Source: Octopus bimaculoides (taxonomy: Eukaryota). From it: DNA of 56,094 nt. The notes beneath the pieces were generated by a model. That model had not been told where the DNA came from. It saw nothing but the letters and a program-made list of their open reading frames with translations, and did no database searches. The stretch is from assembly GCF_001194135.2 (NCBI RefSeq), contig NC_069001.1, positions 29,714,913 to 29,771,006 on the forward strand, in the 5' to 3' direction. This document shows, piece by piece, positions 1 through 12,181 of the stretch (position 1 is its first letter; each line of letters opens with the position of its first letter). The position numbers and the translations under genes were made by a program.

Positions 1-48
<48 letters not shown>

Positions 49-60
49 TATGTATGTATA
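1..60. repeat. (TG)n microsatellite grading into TGTA
   Basis: Direct read: about 20 TG units, then tatgtgtgtatgtatgta. Confidence 0.95.
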
Positions 61-348
61 TGAAGGTGTTTATATATATTTACGGTTATATGCACAGCGA
101 ATACTTTCTCATCCAACTTGTTAACATTTTGAGATAAAATTCCCCAGTTATTGGAAATGAAAAAAACAATTCTATATCTCATTTCTGTAAGTGTGAATTG
201 TACCAACAATTTTCAGAAAATATTGTTTAATTTCAATCAAAAATGATCATAATTTATTGTAAGTTTCTAATCACTTATAACCTTGGAGAACATCACTTTC
301 TCATAAAGTCTGCAAATTATTTTACAGAATTTCCAAAGATTCATTTTC

Positions 349-372
349 CAGAAACAGAAACAGAAACAGAAA
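349..372. repeat. (CAGAAA)4 hexanucleotide repeat
   Basis: Four perfect CAGAAA units. Confidence 0.9.
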
Positions 373-1634
373 CAATCAACTAGATTCTATTCAGATTAAG
401 GAAAATAATCCATTTTGCTTTCGGGTAGACAATATTCAGAATATCCTATATTCCACTCGACATCTCTTTATGGCCTTCCATGTAAAGCGCATGCTGTTTT
501 GCAGAAGACGCAAATTCTGCCACTGTTTTACTTAGATGTTGAAAGAAAATTGAAAGTTTTCTGTTATGGTAATGAGTACAAACATGCTTCGTGACCAACG
601 TACAATACTTTTCCATTGATGCAGTTGAAATTGATGTTTTGCTTCGGTTCAAATGCTGCACAGTCCATACATTAAATCTATCGGTAGCTGATCTGCTTAT
701 AGTAGAACGGATTAACGCTCCCGTTATTTTTTTATATTTGTTTGCTTTTGACAAACGATCACATTAATACGAATTCGAAGCATGTGTAAATGTTCAATGT
801 TCTGTTTGACAGTCGAGATTGAATTTCTATCACCAAGTTAGATGGATATTCTTGATTGCTAGGGTAGATTCGAAAATGGAAATGACAAAAAAATGCACCT
901 GATCGCTCCATTGTTAATACTGAAACCTCCTATGCGGAATCGTGTAAGTCCATTGCAGATAATTTGCTAACTCAGTTTAAAAGCATTAAAAGGGTCAATT
1001 CTCTTGATTCCATAATTTCCTACGTGTCTTATCGGAATACATTCGTTTGTGGTAATCAAACCTGATGTGCGCAATAAATATCTGAATCAGAATGAGACAG
1101 GTGTGAAATATTCATTTCTTGTCAGTTTCACCTGTCAAATCAAGGCTTAGAATTTTCCATGCAATGGAGCTCTTCTTCCGTAAGAAATATTGCGAAGAAA
1201 ACAATTGAGAACTTGCCTTCCAGCTTACGCGTTCGTGATTACTTAATACAAGGAATATTATTAATTTAAATGATCTTGTTGGATATTATAAAATGCAGGA
1301 TATTGTTTGAATGTAAAGGAATATATCATCAGAAAACTTATATAACAGAATGTGGAATACACGTAAAGAAAAAAAATACTGTACACAATCTAATCCGAAG
1401 CAAATTTGTGACGACAAATATTCTTAAACAACGCAAGAATGGTGTACAACTCTAAGCACAAACAGAGAAAATTACACATAGAAAAATGCTTTTAAATCAG
1501 TCAAATACTACGTTACATCTCCATAGAAACAGATGATTTCCCGTTATACGTACGGTGTATTCGGGATAAATTTGAAGTTATTTTCAGTCCTTTTCTTTCA
1601 GAAACAGCTTGGTGTATCGGTGAGGAGTCGATGG

Positions 1635-2045
1635 CGGTGGAATTCCTTCCGTCTATTTACAAGCTTTTTAATCCCATCAATTTAAAACTCTTTCGCTTCA
1701 AAGCGAAGAACTCTGAAATGCCAGTTTCGACCTCCCCCTGGCTTGCGAAAGTTATATCCCTCAAATGATTGTGTAAACTACGAAACAAATGGTAGCCTGA
1801 AGGATCAAGGTTGGGAGAATAAGGCGGATGAGGAATGTTTTCCCAACCAAGCTCTTCGATCTACTGTGATATGATCTTTGCAGTGTGGGGTCGCGCATTG
1901 TCCTGAAGAAGCATCACTCCTTTTCGATTCACTGAAGCGGATGTTTTTTTTCTTCAAAGCTTGGTTCAAACGCTCTAATTGCTGAGAGTAGACTTGAGGA
2001 TTGATTGTTGTATTAGGTGGTAACAATTCGAAGTGAATTACTCAT
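1635..2045 (-). mobile_element. Mariner (Tc1/mariner) transposase C-terminal fragment, decayed
   Basis: Manual minus-strand translation across a frameshift and stops: VIHFELLPPNTTINPQVYSQQLERLNQALK...PHTAKIISQ*IEELGWENIPHPPYSPNLDPSGYHLFRSLHNHL. This matches the mariner catalytic-domain motifs HDNARPH and HPPYSPDLAPSDYHLF. Confidence 0.92.
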
Positions 2046-2654
2046 TTGTGATTTTATATATATTATGTTTTTCAATGTTTCCATACTTTCTCTATTTTTT
2101 TTATATATACTTTCAATTCACCTAAGCCATATTTCGTTAAAAAAAAAACAGTTTATAAATTACTTGACCACTTCTCAATTAAACTCTCATTCCTTCGTTT
2201 CTGCTTATATATTTAGGGCACACCCATCCCAATTTGATTTCGTATGTTCGTCCTATGTAGACATAGGGTTTATTGTACCACTGGACCAAAACAATTCTGC
2301 TGAATTCTCTATCCATTTTAGAAAACTTATTCTAACCAGCAAAAATTGTATGTTTTTGAGGTCATGAGAAGTTTAAACTTTCAACTAAATGTGAAACAAT
2401 AATTATTTTGGGGGAAGAGTGAATTTCGTAGCACGTTAATCTATAAATAATAGGATGGGAAGTTCAGGTTGGAGAGCCCTTTTGGATAAAAATAAAGTTG
2501 CACGTCGTACTTGGATGTCGAACCCACGACTCCTGATAATTTGTCAAACTTTCAACAAAAGGAGCAGTGCAATCTTCTAATCTCACCTCCCATTTTAGAA
2601 AGTTTCTTCTTTATTCACTTTTAATCGTGATACACGTATTAATAAAAACATACA

Positions 2655-2682
2655 ATTATACTCAAGTATATATACATATATG

Positions 2683-2743
<61 letters not shown>

Positions 2744-3065
2744 GTATATGTATGTGTATATATTTATTTATATATATACACATCCACATACACACACATA
2801 TTTACATATATATACGCAGTCACAGACACACACACACTTATATACATTTACTTGTAAACGAACACGTTGCATACGTGTTGCATGTTTGTGCGTATGTGTG
2901 TGCGCGCGCGCTTAAATAGGTAAGCTTGATAGATAGACAGACAGATACATGAGTATACAGATAAATAGTTAGATAGACTGATAGACAGATAGACAGGCAG
3001 ACGAACAGACGGATGGATGGATGGATGGAAAATTACGCAGATAGACAGATGGACGGATAGACATT
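2655..3065. repeat. Compound microsatellite block (CA)n, (TA)n, AGAC/AGAT/GGAT
   Basis: Direct read; explains the ORFs at 2567-2919 as artefacts. Confidence 0.9.
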
Positions 3066-5381
3066 AACAGTGGCTGATTTCAAGGACACGAATATAGTTT
3101 TTTCCTGATGGAACTCAATTAGGCTAAATTGTCATGCTTTATAAAGTGAAGAGAGCGACATCTGGTTACATTTGAAGGATGGTTTTTAGATTTTTATGGA
3201 GTCACACTGTGAGAAATGCAATTTGATAATGCCTGCAGTTGATTTTACATTGCTTCAGAGAAACAAATATATTATCTAAACAAGTATCCAAACAAAGTAC
3301 GTGTCATCCTGTTGTTATTGAACTAAAGGCAGATTGAAGAGAGAAAATTAACCGATTCAGCCATTCCAATGAAAAAGAATTCAACAATAAGGAATTCGCT
3401 GAATTATTCTAACAGTAATGGCGTAGTGTTTCCTGCGAATGAATGTAGGAGAATGAGATGTATTGGGTGGTATGTAGATGCTGGGAATGTAATGGCGGAA
3501 AATGAGATTAGAATGAGAGAGATGTAATGACAATGTACAACACATTGTTGTTTTCCTATATAATGTGAGAAAGAAACGGAGGAAAGGCAATAGAAAAGAG
3601 AAAGAATGCTTTACGTTTGGGATTTGTAACGGAGGGGACAGACTATGAAGTAGAAGGTGTGAAACAGAAGGAATTCTCTAAAGTATATCGGAAATGATTC
3701 TGTTCAATGTGTTTCAAAGACCGAATCAAACTCATCAATATATTCATGCCTTTTATTATAGATGAATAAATAGCTGTTTTAAAGATTTGCTAAATTTATT
3801 TCAACAAATTGCCAAACGAAATTTCTTTACTGACAATAGACACTGCATGACACACAATAAACCGAACCTAGCTTGAGGACTAGAAACAAAGTTAACTGAC
3901 GCCAAGAAGACTTACCAGGCCAATAGGACTAAGTTTCACATCCTGCAATTATTATGAGGTTTCCTTTCGGCTTGTGAATGGTATTTAAACTGTAAAAGCC
4001 TTCATTACAAAGGTAAAAATAAATGTACGAAGCTTTGGTTTAGTTGCTTATTAGCAAATAATCACCTTTAATAATATACAAGAAGTGAGCTTTGATGAAA
4101 TATTTGCAATTTAAATGCGTAAGGATAATGATCCGCTACGACTTTTAGCTTAGAGCTGTCAATACATAAATTCAGAAACAAGCGTTGGGTAATAGATAAG
4201 TATATTGCAATTAAAATCTTATATTTAATTCAGTGTGATAAACATATATTGAGGTGGAGGTAACATATACTTTTTGTTTCAAATATTGATTCTGACTATA
4301 ATTACATATGGACACTAAGATACGTATGTAGAATCTGTTGCATATCTGAAGATATTAGGGGATTAGTTCAGAAATTGCTTCAATCTATATGATCGTGATT
4401 GGGCCCGGCCTAAGCATCACAATTATTTTACCTACACACGCAAGTATAAACAGTCAGGCAAACAGATATACACACAGTACACACCCACACCGTATATACA
4501 CACACGCACCCACATACACACACGTACACACATACACACACAAACACGCACCACAAGTTTGCGCACATTCATACACGTTATTATATCATATTATACAAAG
4601 AAACGTTTTGCAATGGCTTCGACGTTTCGGGTTGTTCGCCTTTGTAAATGTGTCGAATATATTCCAACCGGGACTTCCATATCACTATCAATCTTTTGGT
4701 ACTCTAATAACTATTCAGATACACATGACCTATTTGATATAGTGTTTCACTTATAATCGCAAGAAGGCGGTTTTGATTTCTCATCTGGTGGTGCATCTCC
4801 TTCATGGGTAAACTCTTTGTTTCACGTCGATCCAGTCCACTCAGCTTGTTTTTGGTTGAGTGGGTAAATGTCGGCCTGCCTGTCTAGCCTTATTGTTAGC
4901 GTCATTCGAGGAAGCGAACTGTGATTGTCTGTACATATGAACTTTCGATATTCTGCTTGATACAGGGATGGATATTTGTGCACACACTCGCATACACACA
5001 AACACACACACATAGTCACAAACACACGCAGACATGTTTCTTTAGCCACATAGAGCTGAACACAGAGAGAACAAAATACAAAGTAAAGTTTTTCTTTATG
5101 AGAAGGAAAGAAAAAAAAGTTGGGGTAGAATTTCGATCAGAAGGGAACGTGGAAAGAAAGACAAAAGAAATGAAGCCGATCAATAGGGATCGTATATCAC
5201 AGAAATGTCATAATGTAAAAGGAAAACAGATTAGGTTTATCCGTGGAAAGAAAAGCCTACGGAAAAGCCACGGTAACCTCGGGCAATAATGTCATGCAAA
5301 AAAGACATTACAGTAAGTGACTCTTTTTGTTTTTTCTTTTTCTGGTTCATAGGATTATAGACATTCAGAGAGATAGAAAAA

Positions 5382-5382
<1 letters not shown>

Positions 5383-5433
<51 letters not shown>
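5383..5433. repeat. (AGAT)n tetranucleotide microsatellite
   Basis: About 12 perfect TAGA units. Confidence 0.95.
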
Positions 5434-6212
5434 GCAGAGAGAGGGTGGCAGAAAGATAGGACGATGAATAAACAGACATATATAGATATATACACATTTA
5501 GATTGATAAAGAGATGGATTGGGTGAGATTAGGATGGGGATTAGAACTCACTATATATGTATTCATGTATTATGATTGTTTTCATTGTTATTAATTAATT
5601 GATTAGTTATTATTGATTAATGGATTAATTATTATAATGCAGAATATTACAGAATGTAATTAAGATCCGAGGGTTTCGTATAACAAAACTTGAATATTTT
5701 ACGTTGGGTTTAAGTAGTTATGGTAGAATATTTCTTTTCTTCAAGCGTTTATGCTTAAACTTTGCTTCACTTTCCCCAATTTTTCGGTAATATTTGCAAG
5801 ATTGCAATGATGATTAAAACGCGTCTGATGAACAAAATCAACACAAACGTAGAGTAGCCCAATTAAACGCAGCTGTATTGTGTAATCGCATTGTTTGTGT
5901 CTGCTTGGAGACATCCGTTTATTTGTACCTAATTGCGAAGTTCTTTACAATTAATGTCTAAAACAACTTGACGCAAAATATAGTTTTTTTCATTTTCAGT
6001 GTTGCAGTTGGGGACAGTTTAGAATTTCATTAGTATCATTGTTTGACTGAATAACTATTTACACTTCGAAATAGCTATTAAAAAATAACGAATGCTAGAC
6101 TTTAACCTATTCTGAAAAGTGAGACGTTATATATATTTTTTTTATTTTTTCCAATGTGATTACGTCAGAATTTGGTAGTAATGCTCTACACCAATGAAGT
6201 TAACAATTCATT

Positions 6213-6364
6213 GGCGCAGGTGTGGCTGAGTGGTAAGAAGTTTGCCTCCCAACCACATGGTTCCGGGTTCAGTCCAGTGACACCTAGGGTGTCTTCTACG
6301 ATAGCCTCAGGCCGACTAATGTCTTTTGAGTGGATTTGGTAGACGGAAACTGAAAGAAGCCTGT

Positions 6365-6399
<35 letters not shown>

Positions 6400-6620
6400 A
6401 GATATATATATTTGTGCGTGTCTGTCTGTCTTTGTCACACCACCACCACCTGACAACCGAAGCTGGTGTGATTTGCCTAACTTAGTGGTTAAGCAAAAGA
6501 GACCGAGAGAATAAATACTAGACTTATAAAGAATAATTCCTGAGTTTGATTTCTTGGACTATAATTTCTAAGGCGGTACACCAGTTTGGCGGCAGTCAAA
6601 TGACTGAAACAAGTAAAATA
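6213..6620 (+). mobile_element. tRNA-derived SINE family A, near full length, with internal (TA)n/(TG)n tract
   Basis: Head ggcgcaggtgtggctgagtggtaagaag (A-box-like) and ggttccgggttcagtcc (B-box-like). Body gtggatttggtagacggaaactgaaagaagc, internal microsatellite, and tail ggcagtcaaatgactgaaacaagtaaaa are shared with the inverted copy at 37471-37946. Confidence 0.9.
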
Positions 6621-7616
6621 ATATTTAAAAATAACTTCTAACTGAAACTACTTTGTATTGCAACACATCGGGTGATCTAACGCCTCATTAATAATGGACT
6701 TAATTTTAAGAATGATAAAATTCACAGCACTGAAGCATAATCTAAAAGGGACGTTTAGTAATGAAAGATGGGCGATTGTTCGAAACCAGACTCTCACGAT
6801 ATCAGTTAGCTGACAATAACGACCTCAAAAGCAGTACAGTACAAATGTGACACATACAGAATATGTGCTGTTATAAAATAACTTCAGTCAAATCTCAATT
6901 CTGTGTCTAATTGGATTTCATTAATTTTGAGCGATATCCACAAAACGGCATGAATAATTTAATGAAATATATAAATCAAATCTCATTTCACCCTTCCATC
7001 ATTCATTAATTTTTTTGTTTTTGCGCAGGTGTGGAATGTACGGATACGTTTTCACAAGATCAGTTTATAATATGGCGGCAGTGACTCTTTAAATAAAAAT
7101 AGCATTGATCTATGTCATATAATTGAAATGAATTGATCCGTGATATTAGTCATTTTGATTGAAAATGACGAAGGTTTTAATGAATAGATTTATTTGGCAA
7201 GACTTCTATGGCAGCATAAACACGGGAAATAGTTCATTTCTACCAAGCCATTCATCGAAAATATGAAAATCTTCTGAAAACTTTACTGATTTATAGATTT
7301 ATGAATTTATAGATTTGACACATGATCGAGTTATTATCTACATTATTTACATTATTTACATTTGACGGATATTTGTCCTGTTGTTGTTTGTTGTTAACAC
7401 AACGTTTGGGTTGATATACCCTCCAGCAAAACAAATATCACTAAGGAAGAAAAGTTCGCTACCAAATGACTACAGAGTGACAATTCCATCTCAGGACAAA
7501 TATCCATCAAATGTAAATAATGTAGATTATGTAAGTAACGTAAATGATATACATAATTCCTCATCTCTTAAATATAGAACTGAGTTATTATTTTTTATCG
7601 GTTGTATTTTATCTTA

Positions 7617-7950
7617 TACATGCTTACTTCATAAGACTGGGGCCATGCTTAAGCAATGCCTTGAAGAGTATTTCGTTGAATGAATCTACCCCAGTGCTTC
7701 TATTTTCAAAGCCTGGTACTTATACTGTCGATCACTTTTGCTGAACAAATAGCTTACAGAGACGTAGACACACCAGCATAAGTTAAGTAGTGGAGAGTAC
7801 AAAAAACAGGCACGAACACAAACGCAAACACACACACAAACACGTACACACACAGAGGGGGCTTCCTTCATTTTCTGTCTACCAAATCCAGTCACGAGTC
7901 TGTTGTCGACCTGAAGCTGTAGAAGCAAGCTTCTTGCCACACAACCCTGG
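7617..7950 (-). mobile_element. SINE family A, diverged, lacking the head
   Basis: gactggggccatgct...gcctggtacttat...gacgtagacacaccagcat, a (CA)-rich tract, then cttccttcattttctgtctaccaaatcca; collinear with 37471-37946. Confidence 0.8.
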
Positions 7951-8254
7951 TAGCGCCTATCATGTAAAAATACATAACTAGGTCTGCAAATATGTAGTTG
8001 ATGTTCGGGAATACAGAGAGAGTGGTGAGGGCAAACATATGGAAGGGTGCTATCAAGTGATTCGTGTGCATCAAAACTGCAGTTGTTCTAAGACTTCTGC
8101 ACCAGTGATATATCTGCTAACGGCAATTTCTCGGAAGCGGCAACGAGCTAATCGAAAGTTACCTGAATGTAGAATAAATCAGATGGAATTGAGCCTCAAA
8201 ACCTACTCTGTCATATATATAAGTCTCGTATATACATACATAAACATACACACA

Positions 8255-8256
<2 letters not shown>

Positions 8257-8335
<79 letters not shown>
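8257..8335. repeat. (TA)n microsatellite, about 40 units
   Basis: Direct read. Confidence 0.95.
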
Positions 8336-8338
<3 letters not shown>

Positions 8339-9622
8339 TGTGTGAGTATGTATATACATGCATGCATGTAAGTATAAATGTATGTATATGCATGTATGAA
8401 TATATTTGCATGTTGTACAAGCTAAATGTGATGATATTACACGTCATCTTCTGAATGCCAATCGAGCTCGGAAGAATCTTGATATTAGAAAGTAAATCCC
8501 GCAAAATGCTGCTTAACATTTCGCCACGCGGTCCAATGTGTTTTGCCACAACCAACTGACACCAACAACAAAAACAACAACAATAGATGTTGTTGTTATG
8601 TTTTTTTGTTTTTTTTTTCTGCTGTTGATGATATTGCATTGGTCGTCGTTATTATTTATGCAATTGTGTTGTGAATATACATTTAGCACATATGTGAATT
8701 GCGAAAGAAAATTTACAATGGAAGATGTGCAACAACGATTAAATGTATACGGAATGTATACTAAAAATTTCTTATACGTAACTTTAATAAGATTTATTTA
8801 AATAATATATTCAAAGAGAAGAAATGGAAACTTGTTCGCACCCGCAAATAAGTTGTGTAGAGGAAAAATATAACAATGGAAACTACAGGAAAATATCTCT
8901 TCAATCTTTGGCATAAATTATTCCCATCATTCGGAATGAAGGTATGTTGTCTGCACAAAAATATATGCCTGGCAAAATGACATGACAAAAACAAAGACAA
9001 TAGTACTTGTATTACTGTGCGAAAAGTCTACCTATGTACGAGAAAGAAAATTGATAACATACCAGTTCAATATGCAAACAAAACCTGAGTTTTCGCTTTG
9101 GCAACTAATCCCACAGTATTAGCGACGAACGTGTATTAAATGTTATTGGCAACGATTTCTGACCTTATTATAAAGGTGGTTAATGTTAGCGCTATATCTA
9201 TCAAGATGTACTTTTCGTGGATGGCTATAAAATACCAAATAACATGAAACTGCACAACCATAATAAAAGTCCGTTGCTGGTACTTTTAGAGTAAACCGAT
9301 AGAATGATTTTGAACCGGTTAGCAGTTAATGGCAGAATGACATGTCGCTCTATAAATGATAGAATATCAAGGATATTCATTCATCTAAATTTGTAGATAT
9401 GCCATTACAAAGTTGTTGAAAGATTGTGTATTCGCATGTGTATAGCTGGGACAACAATTAGTAATCATGATTAAATCAAGCATCAACTTTCGGAAATTAC
9501 TATTGGCCAATTTGACATATTATTTGCACGAATATTTCCTTGTATGGAACAGCAGTCTTGAATAACTACATAATTAAAAATTCATAATTGATATAATAGG
9601 CAACGCTAGGCATTTCAAAATG

Positions 9623-9668
9623 CAATCAAATATCATCCTAAAGAACAATCAGATATCATCCTAAAGAA
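9623..9668. repeat. 23-bp tandem duplication (1 mismatch)
   Basis: caatcaaatatcatcctaaagaa followed by caatcagatatcatcctaaagaa. Confidence 0.9.
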
Positions 9669-10789
9669 CACGTGCATCGGAAATGATGTCCACTGCAAAC
9701 CAACGGAATTTAAAGAATATACACTATTCACTGCTCTCAAAATCACACAAACATAGATAACGTTAATCTAGCATAAGAATATGTTTGATAGCTTAATGTT
9801 CGAAAAATGAAAATGAAATCTCCATATATTAATATGGAAAACGTATTCATATATAACATCCAAGATCAATACGCGGTTACGGATGACAATGTGACAAAGC
9901 AATAAACGAGAAATTTGAAGGACACAAAGAGTTCAAAGTACTACCTAAAGTAGTATTACAACAGACAGTAGAAATGAAACAGTAATATGACATCTTCCAT
10001 TAAAGCATTTTATCATTGCGGCAGAACACAAGCTTGGGGGAAAAATGCACGCGAAATCATAGAGCAAATGATAACCTTAAAAAAATAAGACTTAAAAGTG
10101 TCGATTTTTCCTTCAAAACGCAGCATAGTTGAAAATTGCATTCGTCTGAACCGAATGCACATTGTATAAATATATATAAACACACCTCCCATCGTAGAAG
10201 ATGCAATTCAGTTATTTGTCAAATGGGTTAATTTGTGAAATCAAAAGCAGTGGATGTAAACAATGAATTGAATTATGAACAATGGATTGAATTTACATTG
10301 AGACACTGTTGATACCAAGCAAATCAATACGCACTTATTTTATATATTGTATATTGAAAACATTAAGATAGGTATAGAATGTCATCATGAAGTTGTGAAG
10401 CCGATGAAATGAATGTAATTATTTCTGCGAATATTGTCCATGTGTATATTCAACTATATATTTATATCCATAAATATACATTTACCAAATCCCAAACGCA
10501 CACAATCACACATATAGACAAATGCGAATGTGTATTTGTGTGCTTGTCTGTGTGCTCCCATTACGATATATTATTATAAGTGCTTCAGACAGAATTTTAC
10601 GTTCGTTTGGGACCTACATTGATATACTGGGGTTCTTCTGTTTCGACAGATGGTAGAGTAGGCCAAAAACATTATAGTTCCAGAGTAAAAATAGAGAATA
10701 TATTCAAGAACTCTGAGAATAATGGCTGCATTTTACCATCTCTGCTACAAATGGATAGGTGTAAAACAATAAAACATGCCGTAATACTG

Positions 10790-11125
10790 CAGGAGCAACC
10801 TTGGCTCCATTGTAAAAAGCTTCCTCCCCAAACAGTTGGTGCCGGGTTTAGTCCCCTGCGTAGCACATTGGGCAAGTGTCTTCTACTAGATACTTGTGGC
10901 GGCCTTATGAGAGGATTTAGCAGAGTGAAATTAAAAGAATCTTGTCGTATATGTGTATAAAGGTGCGTTTGTGTTTTTGTATCTTTGTTTGTCTCCTATC
11001 GGCGCTTGACAGCCGATGAAGGTGTGTTTACGTCCCTTTAAAAGTATATGTAGAATAAGTACCAAACTTCAAAAATATATGTACAGTGGTCAGTTAATTT
11101 GACTACGAATTATTCAAGGTGTACT
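10790..11125 (+). mobile_element. SINE family A, diverged
   Basis: gccgggtttagtcccctgcgtagcacattgggcaagtgtcttctacta...aaagaatcttgtcgtata...cgcttgacagccgatgaaggtgtgtttacgtccc...agaataagtacc; collinear with the other family A copies. Confidence 0.82.
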
Positions 11126-12145
11126 GCTGTTTTTGCTCCCAACTCAAAGAATGTCACATGCAAATACAAAGAGAATTACAGTAAATCCTCATTCACACAA
11201 GCAACAAAGGCTGAAGTATTAAGACACCAAAAGTTCTCACGCTCGTCTTAGAAGACGTACCAGAGTCTTCAAGCACTGGATTCTGAGAGCATGTGAAAAT
11301 AAAATGATCATTGACAAGAAGTAACATACTATAGAGAAATATAGAAAAGAAAAGACGAGGCAAAGAAAAAAAGGTAGAAAGAATTACAAAAATAAAATTA
11401 GTAATGTCGATGTGGCTCAAAAGCCCTCACAAATTGAATGTCGATATGTTGAATGTTATAAGTAGACGAATATAAACAAGTGACCAGATTTAAATTATTA
11501 ATTCAATTTCAGTGTTAATCTTGACTGTTGAAAGTTTCATATTGCTATATACTTGTTGCTTAGAAATATTATTACCGAATACCAGCACATTTATTTCCAA
11601 TGCCATTCATTTTTAGGTGCTGTCTGCTGCGTGCATCTACAGCAGTAATTGTTTTAGAGCATGTCTGCAGTAATTGTATATATTAAACGTGTTTCAGTAG
11701 TTATATATGCATAATTCAATGTACTTGGAATGAGCGTAGGCATTCAATTTATCCAACTGTTGGGTGAAATACCTTTGTTGTCATTCAGTTCCCTTATAGC
11801 TACTTACCTGTCATTTCATGCACACAAATTCTTGGTAATGCAGTATAAAATACATATTCTATTGTTCCTGTAGCACTCCCAAATCAAAACATTAGGAAAG
11901 GAATTTAGTGAGAAAGCTTTTACATTAAACACAATCTAACACTTTTATTCCGGCTTCCACTTCATCCCTTCGTTCTTTCTTCCTTTCCCAGGAACTTTCT
12001 TAGATTCAGTGCATGCATTTCTATGTATATGTGTGTGTGTGACTCTTCATGAGTGTGTGTATGCATGTATATATAGTTTTATCCCTTTTAGATGTCTGCA
12101 TCACTTCATATATGTGTGTGTGAGAGAGTACACACACACACACGA

Positions 12146-12181
<36 letters not shown>

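Noticed and set aside
446-754. 102-aa minus ORF as a Crypton/tyrosine-recombinase C-terminus (…HYHNRK…MEGHK…)
   Set aside because: Spacing between the putative HxxR and GH motifs is too long and no catalytic Tyr follows; no supportable assignment.
3916-3942. 27-nt minus-strand microexon (cag|DVKLSPIGL|gtaagt)
   Set aside because: Poor polypyrimidine tract; GTAAGT is expected many times by chance in 56 kb of AT-rich DNA.
8790-9540. GPCR pseudogene or Helitron helicase relic
   Set aside because: Hydrophobic stretches and a GNDF motif are only vaguely similar; all frames have many stops and no consistent motif series.
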